A stretch of 64,000 nt of DNA. Source: Candidatus Eiseniibacteriota bacterium (GTDB lineage: Bacteria > Eisenbacteria > RBG-16-71-46 > CAZAMP01). Where the stretch lies: NCBI GenBank assembly GCA_965224245.1, contig OZ245046.1, forward strand, positions 2,084,148-2,148,147, written 5' to 3'. The stretch's first letter is position 1. Each line of letters starts with the position of its first letter. The position numbers were made by a program, and so were the translations under genes. Positions 33,073 to 42,912 of this stretch are shown here, in pieces. The notes beneath the pieces were generated by a model. It had not been told where the DNA came from, ran no database searches, and worked only from the letters and a program-made list of their open reading frames with translations.

Positions 33073-34798
33073 GTGGTCTCTGGATGCCGAACTTCTTCAT
33101 CTTGTACCGCAGGTTTCGCTCGGAGATCCCCAGCTCGCCGGCGGCGCGCGTCTGGATCCAGTCGTGCTTCTCGAGGGCCTGAACCAGCGCCGTCTGTTCG
33201 AGATCCTCGAGGGTGGCCCCGTCCAGGGAGAGCGAGCGTCCATCCCCGTCTCCGGCGGCCCGTACCTCGGGAGAGAGCAGATCGACGTCGATCGTCTCGT
33301 CCTGACTCAGCACCAGGGCGCGGGAGATCACGTTCTCGAGCTCTCGTACGTTGCCCGGCCAGTCGTACTTGCAGAGCGCATCCAGCGCGGCCGGCGTCAG
33401 CCGGCGCCCGGGGCTCTCGAACTGCTGTCCCAGCGTGGACAGAAAGTGATCGGCCAGGAGCGGGATGTCCTCGGGACGGTCGCGGAGCGCGGGCAGCGTC
33501 AGCTCGATCACCTTGAGCCGGTAGTAGAGGTCCTCGCGGAATCGCTTCTCGGCGATCGCGTTCTCCAGGTCGATGTTGGTGGCGGCGATGATCCGGACGT
33601 CCACGTCGATGGACTTGCGTCCCCCGACGCGCTCGAACTGCTTCTCCTGGACGACGCGGAGCACCTTGGCCTGCACGACGAGGCTCATGTCGCCGATCTC
33701 GTCCAGGAACAGCGTGCCTCCGTTCGCCTGCTCGAACTTCCCGGCACGCCCCTCCACACCGGTGGCGGTGCCCTTCTCGATCCCGAAGAGCTCGGACTCG
33801 ATCAACGTCTCGGGCAACGCCGCGCAGTTCACCGACACGAAGGGACCCGTGCGCGTGCCCTGGTAGTGGATGACCTTCGCGATCAGCTCCTTGCCGGTGC
33901 CGTTCTCTCCCCGGATCAAGACGCTGACCGGTTTTCGTCCCACTCGTTCGGCCAGGGCGAACACGTCGCGCATGGGTCGCGATCGGCCGATGATCCCGTG
34001 GAACGAGAACCGATCGGAGACCTCGGCGCGCAGGCGCGCGTTCTCCTCGGCCAGGCGAGATTCCTCGTGGCGCACCCGGGCGAACGCGAGGGAGTTGCGG
34101 AACGCCACGCCGGCATGGTCGCAGAACATGCGCAGGAAGGTGCGATCGGACTCGTCGAAGAGACCCTTCACCGAGCGGCTCTCGAGATACACGACGCCGT
34201 AGACCTCGCCGTCCAGCAGGATGGGCGCGGCGAGGACCGAGAGGATCTGCAGCGCGACCACGGACTGCTTCGAGCGCAGCGCGTCGTCGTCGAGCGCGTT
34301 TCGCGTGTAGTACGGCTCGCGGGTCTCGCGCACCTTCGCGACCACGGTCTGGCTGATCTCCCGCTCGGCGCCCTCGATCGTCTGCTGGTCCACGTTGCGG
34401 GCGGCCCGGATCACGAGATCGTCGCCGGCGCTCAGGAAGAAGAACCCGCGCTCGGCGCGCGAGTGCTCGATCACGAGATCCATGACCACGTCGAACAGCT
34501 CGTCCTCTTCGAGGACGGCCGACAGCGTCCGTGTCACCTCGAGGATCGTCCGCGCCATCGTCTCCGCCGCGCCGTCGCCGCCGGGCGCCTCGGTCCGGAG
34601 CTCGGGGAGCAGCGTCTCGCGTCCCTCACGCAGCAGCTGGTCCAGCCGACTCAGGGCCAGCCGGACCGTCTCGATCTCCGACCCGGTGATCGGCGCGTTC
34701 GGGTCCACCCCAGAGGCGAACTCGGCGGCCCGTCGCACGAGGCGATGCGCCTGATCGATCAGCTGGTCGAGACGCGCGAGCGCATCGGTGGACGACAT
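33026..34798 (-). CDS. sigma-54-dependent transcriptional activator (GAF sensor, AAA+ domain, Fis-type HTH)
   Basis: Internal ATG at 34796-34798 gives a 590-aa protein; Walker A 'GENGTGKE', GAFTGA-type loop 'ESELFGIEKGTATG', Walker B 'GGTLFLDEIG', C-terminal HTH; the listed ORF has an Arg-rich extension. Confidence 0.85.
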   Translation of the reverse strand: MSSTDALARLDQLIDQAHRLVRRAAEFASGVDPNAPITGSEIETVRLALSRLDQLLREGRETLLPELRTEAPGGDGAAETMARTILEVTRTLSAVLEEDELFDVVMDLVIEHSRAERGFFFLSAGDDLVIRAARNVDQQTIEGAEREISQTVVAKVRETREPYYTRNALDDDALRSKQSVVALQILSVLAAPILLDGEVYGVVYLESRSVKGLFDESDRTFLRMFCDHAGVAFRNSLAFARVRHEESRLAEENARLRAEVSDRFSFHGIIGRSRPMRDVFALAERVGRKPVSVLIRGENGTGKELIAKVIHYQGTRTGPFVSVNCAALPETLIESELFGIEKGTATGVEGRAGKFEQANGGTLFLDEIGDMSLVVQAKVLRVVQEKQFERVGGRKSIDVDVRIIAATNIDLENAIAEKRFREDLYYRLKVIELTLPALRDRPEDIPLLADHFLSTLGQQFESPGRRLTPAALDALCKYDWPGNVRELENVISRALVLSQDETIDVDLLSPEVRAAGDGDGRSLSLDGATLEDLEQTALVQALEKHDWIQTRAAGELGISERNLRYKMKKFGIQRPRGGRVGPGRPASSGS

Positions 34799-34854
34799 GG
34801 CGAGACCTTCCCCTTTCCGATGACGCGCCCGGTCAGTGAGCGGCCGGGGCGCGC

Positions 34855-36039
34855 TCAGGTGACGCGGAGCCGCTCCCAGACCCGTCGTGGCCAGTCTCGC
34901 ACGCCACGCACGCGTGCGCGCACGCTTCCCGACGCCGGCACGCCCGCCGCCGCGCAGTCGAGCAGTCCCAGGAGGCCGACCAGCGTCGAGTCGTCGTGCG
35001 CCGCGGGGGCGAACGCGTCGGGCACCCGGGCGCGACGGACCGACGTCCGCGCGACGCGCTCGGCGCGCTCGGTGGCGCCGGGGGCCTCGGCCGGCACACC
35101 GGCGATGACCCAGCCGCCGATCGTCGGCGGATGCTCGAGCCCCGCCCAGGTGTTGTCGAGGGCGCGACGAGCGGCCTGAAGCGTATCGTCGATGAAGTCG
35201 GCCACGATCCGCGAGAGCGGATCGCCGGCCGGCGAGACCGGCATCGTGGGCACCCGCCGACGCGCCTCGTCGGGCGTCATGGGAACCTCCAGCGCCAGCG
35301 CACTGGCCAGGGCCGAGAATCCCGGCTCGATGCTGCGATGGTAATAGAGACGGCGATCGCTGAAGACCGACAGCCGTGACGCGTCCCAGGCGATCTCGAG
35401 GTGTGCGGTCCCCTGGCGTCGCTCGTAGTCGGTCAGCGCGAACGGTGCCGCCGCCACGGACCCGAGCACGAGCTCGGCGCCGGTCAGCCCCAGCTCGTCG
35501 AACACGTCCTGGTAGTCGGCGTACGGGGCGGACTGCGCGTAGATCCCCAGCGCCTCGATGCCGAGCACGTCGCCCCGGAGCCCGACCGGGTTGTCGGTCT
35601 CGCGGTACTCGTCCAAAACGAAACGCCACGGCAGCACCTGCAGGAGCGCCCGATCGTCGGCGGCCCGTCTCGCGGTGTCGTGGACGAGGCGTGCGACGTC
35701 GTCGTCGGTCAGAGGACCGCCGGGCGGCAGCTCGCAGGATCGGGTCAGAAACTGGATCTCGATGAACGATCCGTGCACCCCGCACACGATCCGGTCGAGG
35801 GGCTGCGTCGCCGAGACGCGCTCGAGGCTCGTGACCAGGCGATCGAGGGCGTCGGCGAAGGCGGCGGCGTCGGCCACCGTCCCACCCCTGAGGCCCGCGC
35901 TCTCGGTCTGCTCGACGAAGTCGAGGGTTGCCAGGCGTCCCTCGCGTGCGCGACCGACTGCCAGCGTGAGCTTGTCCTCGTCGAAGGTCAGGGCCGCGAT
36001 CTTCCGCGAGCGCTCCGGATCACGTGAGGACAACGGCAT
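34855..36039 (-). CDS. hypothetical protein, possibly an actin-like ATPase of the FtsA/PilM type
   Basis: ATG at 36037-36039; 'KIAALTFDEDKLTLAV...ESAGLRGGTVAD' resembles the N-terminal region of FtsA/PilM-like proteins; weak assignment. Confidence 0.4.
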   Translation of the reverse strand: MPLSSRDPERSRKIAALTFDEDKLTLAVGRAREGRLATLDFVEQTESAGLRGGTVADAAAFADALDRLVTSLERVSATQPLDRIVCGVHGSFIEIQFLTRSCELPPGGPLTDDDVARLVHDTARRAADDRALLQVLPWRFVLDEYRETDNPVGLRGDVLGIEALGIYAQSAPYADYQDVFDELGLTGAELVLGSVAAAPFALTDYERRQGTAHLEIAWDASRLSVFSDRRLYYHRSIEPGFSALASALALEVPMTPDEARRRVPTMPVSPAGDPLSRIVADFIDDTLQAARRALDNTWAGLEHPPTIGGWVIAGVPAEAPGATERAERVARTSVRRARVPDAFAPAAHDDSTLVGLLGLLDCAAAGVPASGSVRARVRGVRDWPRRVWERLRVT

Positions 36040-36223
36040 CTCGCCCCTGTGTTTCGCGCGTACGTGCGCGTTTTCGCCGGCCGCCGCCGTCACCGGTCCC
36101 GGCGCGGCCCGGGCGGCGCGCACCAGCCGTTGACCCGCAAACCCGTGGGACTGCTAGAATGACCGGCTTCGAAGGACACGTCAGCCGCAATTTAGCCTAT
36201 TCGGCGATGAGGAGTACAGCCCC

Positions 36224-37339
36224 ATGGCGAAGTCCAAGGTCGTGGTGATCAAGACGACACCCGAAACCGTCGTGGACGACTACGTGCGCGGCATGAAGCT
36301 CGCGGGCGTGGACACGGCGATCGACAGGTCGGCCACGACCATTCTGAAGGACAACATCTCCTGGCACTTCCCGTTCCCGGGCGCGAACACGACGCCCTGG
36401 CAGCTGGAAGCGGCCATCGTGGGGTTGAGATCGTTCGGGAACGCCGACCTCGTGTGCGTGCAGAACAAGACCGTCGTCACCGACGCCCACAAGGGCGAGC
36501 GACTCAATCACTACGACTCGGTCTTCGAGGCCTACGACCTGCCCGTCCTCTACAACTTCAAGAAGTCCGACATGACCTGGTCGACGTACCAGCCCAAGGC
36601 TCGGATGCGGATCCTCCCTCACATCTATCCCGAGGGGATCCTGATTCCCGACTACTTCTTCGGAAAGAACATCGTCCACCTCCCCACCGTGAAGACGCAC
36701 ATCTACACGACCACCACCGGCGCCATGAAGAACGCGTTCGGGGGTCTCTTGAACACGCGGCGGCACTACACGCACAGCGTCATCCACGACACGCTGGTGG
36801 ATCTGCTCGCGATCCAGAAGGAGATCCACCCCGCGGTGGTGGCGATGATGGACGGAACCACCGCGGGATCGGGACCGGGGCCGCGCACGATGACGCCGCA
36901 CGAGAAGGACGTGATTCTCGTCTCCACCGACTCGGTGGCCATCGACGCCATCGCGGCCAAGATGATGGGCATCGATCCGATGAGCCTGAAGTACATCGCG
37001 CACGCGCACGAGGACGGGCTCGGCTGCGGCGACGTCCGCGACGTCGAGGTGATCGGCGAGGACATCTCGAACGTGAACTGGAAGTTCAGCGTGGGCAACA
37101 ACGGAGCCAGCCGCGTGGGCAACGTGATGTGGTTCGGGCCGCTCAAGTCGATCCAGAAGGTGTTCTTCCACACGCCGCTGGTGAACGTGTTCGTGATGGG
37201 GTCGTTCCTGTACCACGACTACGTCTGGTGGCCGACGTACGGCACGCGCATCTTCTCGGAGTGGCGAAAGACCAAGTGGGGCCGCCTGTTCGATCAGTAC
37301 CAGTCGTCGGTGCCCTCCCGCCCGACAGCCGCCTCGTAG
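36224..37339 (+). CDS. DUF362 domain-containing protein
   Basis: 371-aa ORF; GAGGAG 10 nt upstream; family-level resemblance only; high GC3. Confidence 0.65.
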   Translation: MAKSKVVVIKTTPETVVDDYVRGMKLAGVDTAIDRSATTILKDNISWHFPFPGANTTPWQLEAAIVGLRSFGNADLVCVQNKTVVTDAHKGERLNHYDSVFEAYDLPVLYNFKKSDMTWSTYQPKARMRILPHIYPEGILIPDYFFGKNIVHLPTVKTHIYTTTTGAMKNAFGGLLNTRRHYTHSVIHDTLVDLLAIQKEIHPAVVAMMDGTTAGSGPGPRTMTPHEKDVILVSTDSVAIDAIAAKMMGIDPMSLKYIAHAHEDGLGCGDVRDVEVIGEDISNVNWKFSVGNNGASRVGNVMWFGPLKSIQKVFFHTPLVNVFVMGSFLYHDYVWWPTYGTRIFSEWRKTKWGRLFDQYQSSVPSRPTAAS

Positions 37340-37374
37340 GCGTCGACGTGTCTCCTCGGAATCCGGATGGTGGC

Positions 37375-38505
37375 GTGCTCCGGTGCGCTCGGCGCCGCCG
37401 GTGGGGCCCTCGCGGCGCCCCTCTCCGGGCGACTGCGCCCCTCCTCGCGCTGGCGGCGACGCTCGCCGGGATCCCGCGCGAGGCGAGCGCCGGCGCGGCC
37501 GACGAGGCCGTCATCGCGCCGCTCCGGACCCGCGTCGACAACGAGCTCTATCCCCTGGCCGGCACGCGCTGGGGCGGGATCGACCTGAACCGGCGCTCCG
37601 GCTTCATCGAGTGGCAGCGCCGCAGCGCGCCTCCCGAGCTCTGGCGGGAGATCGCGCACACGTGCTCGACGCTCGTGGCGATCATGCCCACGGCCGCCGC
37701 GCGCCAGGAGCTCGTGGGGCTTCACCTGGCGGCCGCCGCGTACCCGTGGCTCCTCGATCCCGGGTTCGGCGACGACGCCTGGGCCGACATGATGGCCGCC
37801 CAGTCCCGCCTCTTCGAGGCCTGGCTGGACGTGTACCCCGACGTCCTGGATCCCGAAGGTCCCCAGCGGAGCGGCGCCCCCGGCGGCATCCGGCAGATGA
37901 CGATGGCGATGTCGGCCCTCCGCTCGACGACCCCCCCGCCTCCCTCGGAGGACGACCCCAACCCGCGCGAGCGCGTGTACTGCATCGAGTTCGCCGAGGG
38001 GGTGTCGGTCCTGGACCCGACCCTCTTCGCATGGCTCACCGTGCAGGTCATGCACACCTTCGTGGACCGCGCCACCGGGTTCGACTGTCCGTGCGTGTAC
38101 GACAACGCGATGTGCTTCTGGGTGGATCTCTTCGACGCACGTCACGACGAGCAGCCCTGGTCACCGTACGTGGAGACGGTTCGTGAGCGCGTGGCGCGGT
38201 CGTGGAGGCTCGATCGCGCTCGCATCCTGCGCTGCATCCGGCGCGGCTACGAGCAGATCGGCTCGGAGATGGACCTGGCCGGGATCGATCGCGGCGACGT
38301 GCTCGCGCTCGCGCTGGCCGGATCCGCCGAGCGCAACCGGTACCTTCGCTGGTGCGGCCTGCCCTCGAGATCGGGGACGTTCCCGGCGAATCCGGACGCG
38401 TTCTATCTGCCGTCGCCCGATGAGATCCGGGCCATCCTGGCCGGCGCCGATGCGGAGACGGTGACGTTCCCGACCCTCGACGCGTGGTGTCCGGGCGCCG
38501 AGTGA
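37375..38505 (+). CDS. hypothetical secreted protein
   Basis: Frame-1 ORF with high GC3; GTG at 37375 gives a signal-peptide-like N-terminus 'RCARRRRWGPRGAPLRATAPLLALAATLAGIPREASA'; the opposite-strand ORF 37294-38145 is Arg/Gly-rich and was rejected. Confidence 0.5.
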   Translation: MLRCARRRRWGPRGAPLRATAPLLALAATLAGIPREASAGAADEAVIAPLRTRVDNELYPLAGTRWGGIDLNRRSGFIEWQRRSAPPELWREIAHTCSTLVAIMPTAAARQELVGLHLAAAAYPWLLDPGFGDDAWADMMAAQSRLFEAWLDVYPDVLDPEGPQRSGAPGGIRQMTMAMSALRSTTPPPPSEDDPNPRERVYCIEFAEGVSVLDPTLFAWLTVQVMHTFVDRATGFDCPCVYDNAMCFWVDLFDARHDEQPWSPYVETVRERVARSWRLDRARILRCIRRGYEQIGSEMDLAGIDRGDVLALALAGSAERNRYLRWCGLPSRSGTFPANPDAFYLPSPDEIRAILAGADAETVTFPTLDAWCPGAE

Positions 38506-38533
38506 GCGCCGGCGACGGGGAGCGTGCCGGCGG

Positions 38534-39391
38534 TCACGTCGAGGCCGGCTTGCGGGCCACGACGGCGAACTCGGACGCCGCGGGATCGAACTCGCCTCCG
38601 GCCACGTCCCCGAGAACCTCCTCGACGACGAGACCGCTCCCCTCGACCTCACGCGTGAGCGCACCCGGATCGTAGTGCTGGAGCCAGTTGTAGACGACCC
38701 GTACCCGCGCCGGCTCCACGATCGTGTACCGGTCGAGCACCACTTTCTCCGCGTCGTACTTGAAGGTGCGGAGGAAACCGAAGTACGGCTCGGGCGACCA
38801 GAACCCCCCGAGGAGATCGCGGCCGACCTCGAGGCGCTCCTCCCGGCGCTCGAATGCGCCGAGCGACACGACGTCGAGGAGGAGCGCTCCGCCCGGCTCC
38901 AGGATCGCCTGGAACACGTCCAGCAGGCGGCGTCGCTGAACGGGACCGAGCGCGCAGAAGTCGCACATGATCATCGTGACGAGGTCGAACCGTTCACTCC
39001 ATCGGTGCTCGAGGTAGTCGGCGTGAACGTGATCGACCGAGACCCCCCGGCGCCGGGACAGCTCGCGCGCGTATCGGATCGAGCGCTCGGAGAAGTCGAT
39101 TCCGTGCACGCGAGCGCCGGCGGCCGCGAGCCGCGTGGTATAGAGCCCCGGCCCGCAGCCGAAGTCGGCCACGCGGGCGCCGCCCCCGAGTGCGAACCGA
39201 TCGGCGATCCAGGCCGCGGACCGATCGATGAACGCCCCCGATCGCGACGCCAGGTCGCTCGTTCCGTCCAGGTGACACTCCAGCATCCGGGCCGACGTGT
39301 GTGGATCGGTCCAGAGCTCGGCGACCGTGTGAACCTCGAACGGTGCCGGTCGCGCGTCGATGCTCTCGAGCGCGCCGTAGAGGTCGTTCAT
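38534..39391 (-). CDS. class I SAM-dependent methyltransferase
   Basis: Internal ATG at 39389-39391 (ATGA overlap with the permease stop); motif I 'VADFGCGPGLYT'. Confidence 0.8.
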   Translation of the reverse strand: MNDLYGALESIDARPAPFEVHTVAELWTDPHTSARMLECHLDGTSDLASRSGAFIDRSAAWIADRFALGGGARVADFGCGPGLYTTRLAAAGARVHGIDFSERSIRYARELSRRRGVSVDHVHADYLEHRWSERFDLVTMIMCDFCALGPVQRRRLLDVFQAILEPGGALLLDVVSLGAFERREERLEVGRDLLGGFWSPEPYFGFLRTFKYDAEKVVLDRYTIVEPARVRVVYNWLQHYDPGALTREVEGSGLVVEEVLGDVAGGEFDPAASEFAVVARKPAST

Positions 39392-40302
39392 GCGCGGCTC
39401 TCCTCGTCGTACGGAACGCCCACGTTCCCCGGCGGTGTCGATCGTCCGATGAAGCCGCACAGGACGACGAGCGTCAACACGTACGGAATCATCTGCACGA
39501 CGTGTGAGGGCACGTCCACGCCGAGCGAGGTCTGGAGCCTGATCTGGAGCGCCTCGGCGAACCCGAACACCAGGCTGGCCAGGACGGCCCCCCCGGGGCG
39601 CCACTTGCCCACGATCATCGCCGCCAGCGCGATGTATCCGCGTCCAGCGGTCATTCCGGACGTGAACGACGCCTGCTCGCTGGCCAGATACGCCCCCGCG
39701 AGCCCGGCCAGGAGGCCCGAGGCGAGAACGCCCGCCGTCCTCACCCGGCGCACGCGGATGCCGAGGCTCGCCGCCGCCACGGCGTGCTCGCCCACCGCGC
39801 GCAGCCGGAGCCCGAAGCGGGTCCGGTAGAGCACGACGTGCGAGGCCACCGCGATCAGGAGCGTGGCCAGGACGAGCGGATGCGAGAGGGTCGGGCCGAC
39901 CACCGGAATCGCCGACAGCCCCGACACCGCCCCCGGATCGAACCCGACGATGCGCGGCGAGTTCGAACTCGAGCCGAACACGAGCTTCAAGGTGAAGTCG
40001 GTGGCTCCGAGCATCGTCAGGTTGATCGCGATGCCCGAGACGATCTGCTCGCCGCGAAAGCGGATGGTCACGATCGCGTGCACGCCCGCCACGGCGAGAC
40101 CGACCAGGAGTGCCGCGAGCACGCCGAGCTCCGGAGCCTGACCGAAGTACGCACCGATCGCGAAGCCGAACGCGCCGGCGAGCATGATGCCCTCGAGCGC
40201 GATGTTCACCACCCCCCCGCGCTCGGAGAACATCCCCCCCAGCGACGCCAGCACGTACGGGATCGAGATGCGGAGTCCCTGGGCCACGAAGGCGATCTCC
40301 AT
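39388..40302 (-). CDS. ABC transporter permease (BMP/nucleoside-type system)
   Basis: 304-aa polytopic membrane protein, second permease of the operon. Confidence 0.8.
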   Translation of the reverse strand: MEIAFVAQGLRISIPYVLASLGGMFSERGGVVNIALEGIMLAGAFGFAIGAYFGQAPELGVLAALLVGLAVAGVHAIVTIRFRGEQIVSGIAINLTMLGATDFTLKLVFGSSSNSPRIVGFDPGAVSGLSAIPVVGPTLSHPLVLATLLIAVASHVVLYRTRFGLRLRAVGEHAVAAASLGIRVRRVRTAGVLASGLLAGLAGAYLASEQASFTSGMTAGRGYIALAAMIVGKWRPGGAVLASLVFGFAEALQIRLQTSLGVDVPSHVVQMIPYVLTLVVLCGFIGRSTPPGNVGVPYDEESRA

Positions 40303-40303
40303 G

Positions 40304-41368
40304 TCAGGACCTCCCGGCCAGTGCGGCCTTCGCGCGCTCGACCCGGAGCCGCTCGGCGACCGAGCGGCTCACCAGGATCATCAGGATCACGACACCCTGG
40401 AGGATCGAGACGATCTCCTTCGGCACGAGGTCGCTGACGGTCAGCCCGCCGTGCTGCATCGCCCCGAACAGGAGCGCGGCCAGCACGACGCCGATGGGCC
40501 GGCTCTGCCCCAGCATCGCCACCGCGATGCCCATGAAGCCGACGCCGTCGGAGAAGTTCGCTCCGAAGTAGTGCCGGTAGCCGAGCACCTCGTGCACCCC
40601 GACCAGCCCCGCCATCGCACCGCCCAGCACGAAGGCCGTCCGCTGGCGGGCCCCGACGGCGATGCCCGCCGCGCCGGCCGCGCGCGGGTTCAGCCCCACC
40701 GCGCGGAGCTCGAATCCGAGCGGGGTCCTCCACAGGAATACGTGGACGAGCGCGGCGACGACCAGCGCGACCGCGAGGGCGACGCTCACCGATGCGCCCC
40801 GGAAGGCCGGGATGATCGTCGAGAGCCGGGGCAGCCAGATCGACGACGGCACGTGCTCGGTATGGATGGTCTCGGGCACCGCCATGTGGTACGTCACGAC
40901 GTATCCGGTCAGCGCGATCGCGACGAAGTTCAGCATGATCGTGCTGATCACCTCGTGCGCGCCGAAGCGGCTCTTCAAGGCGCCGGCGATCCCGCCCCAG
41001 AGCGCGCCCCCGAGCGCCGCGGCGATCATCACGCCCGCGCACAGCATCGGTCCGGGCACGCCCGGCAACGCCAGCGCCAGCGCCGCGGCGGCGAACGCGC
41101 CGACGTAGAGCTGACCCTCGGCGCCGATGTTGAACAGCCCCGCGCGAAACGGAAGCGCCACCGCGAGCCCCGTGAAGATCAGCGGCGTGGCGTTGAACAG
41201 CGACTGCCCCAGGCCGTAGGGGGACAGGAGCGTCTCGGAGACGAGCCGCGCCAGCACCACCATCGGAGACGCACCGGCCACGGCGACCAGGATCGCGCCG
41301 ATGCCGAGCGTCAACGCAGCGGCGGCGACGGCGGTGACGAGATCGATCCGTCTCGCGTCGGTGCTCAT
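40304..41368 (-). CDS. ABC transporter permease (BMP/nucleoside-type system)
   Basis: Polytopic membrane protein; start at the ATG that overlaps the ATPase stop (ATGA). Confidence 0.8.
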   Translation of the reverse strand: MSTDARRIDLVTAVAAAALTLGIGAILVAVAGASPMVVLARLVSETLLSPYGLGQSLFNATPLIFTGLAVALPFRAGLFNIGAEGQLYVGAFAAAALALALPGVPGPMLCAGVMIAAALGGALWGGIAGALKSRFGAHEVISTIMLNFVAIALTGYVVTYHMAVPETIHTEHVPSSIWLPRLSTIIPAFRGASVSVALAVALVVAALVHVFLWRTPLGFELRAVGLNPRAAGAAGIAVGARQRTAFVLGGAMAGLVGVHEVLGYRHYFGANFSDGVGFMGIAVAMLGQSRPIGVVLAALLFGAMQHGGLTVSDLVPKEIVSILQGVVILMILVSRSVAERLRVERAKAALAGRS

Positions 41369-42912
41369 CGGACGCTCGCTCGACCGCCGAGCATCCACTC
41401 ACCCAGCACCTCGGGCGTGGCCTCCTCACCCGGAAGCTCGGCCACGATCGCACCGCGCACCATCACCAGGATGCGATGCGACAGCGTCGTCAGCTCGTCC
41501 AGCTCGGCGCTCACGAGCAGCACCCCCAGCCCGTCCGAGGCCGCCTCGGCCAGCATGCGGTGGAGCGACGCCACCGCGCCCACGTCCACGCCGCGCGTGG
41601 GCCCGGCCGCCACCAGGAGGACCGGATCTCCGGCCAGCGCGCGGGCCAGGACCACCTTCTGCTGATTGCCGCCCGAGAGTTCCTCCACCGGTGCCCCGGC
41701 GTCGGGCGGTCGCACGTCGTAGCGCCCGACGAGCGCCTCCGCCTCGCGGGTGACGGCCGCGCGATCGCGGAGGAGCGCGTTCGCGAACGGGCGGCGGCGA
41801 TGTCGGCCCAGGACGAGATTGTCCGCGACCGAGAACGTCGAGACGAGCCCCTCGTCCAGCCGGTCCTCGGGGACCAGTCCGATGCCGGCGTCGGCGAAGG
41901 CACCGCGGTCCCGCCCGCGGAGCTCGGTCGCGCCCAGCGTGATCCGCCCCGAGTCCGGCGCCCGCAGTCCGGACACGACCTCCACGAGCTCGGTCTGTCC
42001 GTTTCCGGCCACACCGGCCACGCCCACCACCTCGCCCGCGCGCACGCCGAGGGACACGTCGTCGAGAAGCGTGTGGCCGTGGGAGTCCGTCAGCGAGACC
42101 CGATCCAGCGACAGGAGCATCTCGCGCGAGCGCGGCGCCGTCCGCCGCGGCGGCACCGGCAGCGAGCGTCCGACCATCGCGTGCGCGAGAGACTCGATGG
42201 TCACGTCCGACACGGCGGACGTGGAGATGGTGCGACCGCGCCGCATGACGGTGGCGCGATCGGCCACCCGCACCACCTCGGACAGGCGGTGCGTGATCAG
42301 GATGATCGTGCGTCCCGACGCTGACAGCCCGGTCAGCGCACGGAACAGTCCGTCGGTCTCCTGGGGGGTCAGCACCGCGGTGGGCTCGTCGAGCACCAGC
42401 ACGCGGGCGCCCCGGTGCAGGAGCTTCAGGATCTCGACCTGCTGCTTTGCACCCACGCCGAGCGTGTCCACGCGAGCGCACGGATCGACCGGCATGCCGT
42501 GCTCGGCGCCCAGCTCCGCCACGCGCGTGTCCGCCCGGCCGCGGAGGTGGAAGCCGGCGCGTACCGGCTCGTGACCGAGGACGACGTTGTCGGCCACCGT
42601 GAGGGGTGCGACCAGCGTGAAGTGCTGGTGGACCATGCCGATGCCGGCCGCGATGGCGTCGCGCGGAGACCGGAGCTCGATCTCGCGTCCGTCGACGCGG
42701 ATCTGGCCCGCGTCGGGACGCGTCTCGCCGTAGAGGATGCGCATCAGCGTGGATTTGCCGGCGCCGTTCTCGCCCACGATCGCGTGGATCTCGCCCCGGT
42801 TCGCCGAGAACGACACGCCGTCGTTGGCGATCACACGCGCGAACCGCTTGACGATGCCGGTCAGCTCGACCGCGGGCGTCGTGCCGTTGTCCGCCCTCGC
42901 CCCGGGGGTCAT
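41365..42912 (-). CDS. ABC transporter ATP-binding protein with tandem nucleotide-binding domains
   Basis: Internal ATG at 42910-42912; first NBD 'GENGAGKST', 'VLVLDEPTA'; second NBD 'GVAGNGQTEL', 'LSGGNQQKV'; the listed ORF has an Arg-rich 5' extension. Confidence 0.85.
   Translation of the reverse strand: MTPGARADNGTTPAVELTGIVKRFARVIANDGVSFSANRGEIHAIVGENGAGKSTLMRILYGETRPDAGQIRVDGREIELRSPRDAIAAGIGMVHQHFTLVAPLTVADNVVLGHEPVRAGFHLRGRADTRVAELGAEHGMPVDPCARVDTLGVGAKQQVEILKLLHRGARVLVLDEPTAVLTPQETDGLFRALTGLSASGRTIILITHRLSEVVRVADRATVMRRGRTISTSAVSDVTIESLAHAMVGRSLPVPPRRTAPRSREMLLSLDRVSLTDSHGHTLLDDVSLGVRAGEVVGVAGVAGNGQTELVEVVSGLRAPDSGRITLGATELRGRDRGAFADAGIGLVPEDRLDEGLVSTFSVADNLVLGRHRRRPFANALLRDRAAVTREAEALVGRYDVRPPDAGAPVEELSGGNQQKVVLARALAGDPVLLVAAGPTRGVDVGAVASLHRMLAEAASDGLGVLLVSAELDELTTLSHRILVMVRGAIVAELPGEEATPEVLGEWMLGGRASVR

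Noticed and set aside
37294-38145. 283-aa minus-strand ORF
   Set aside because: Arg/Gly-rich and low-complexity; the plus-strand frame over the same DNA has the expected GC3 bias and a signal peptide.
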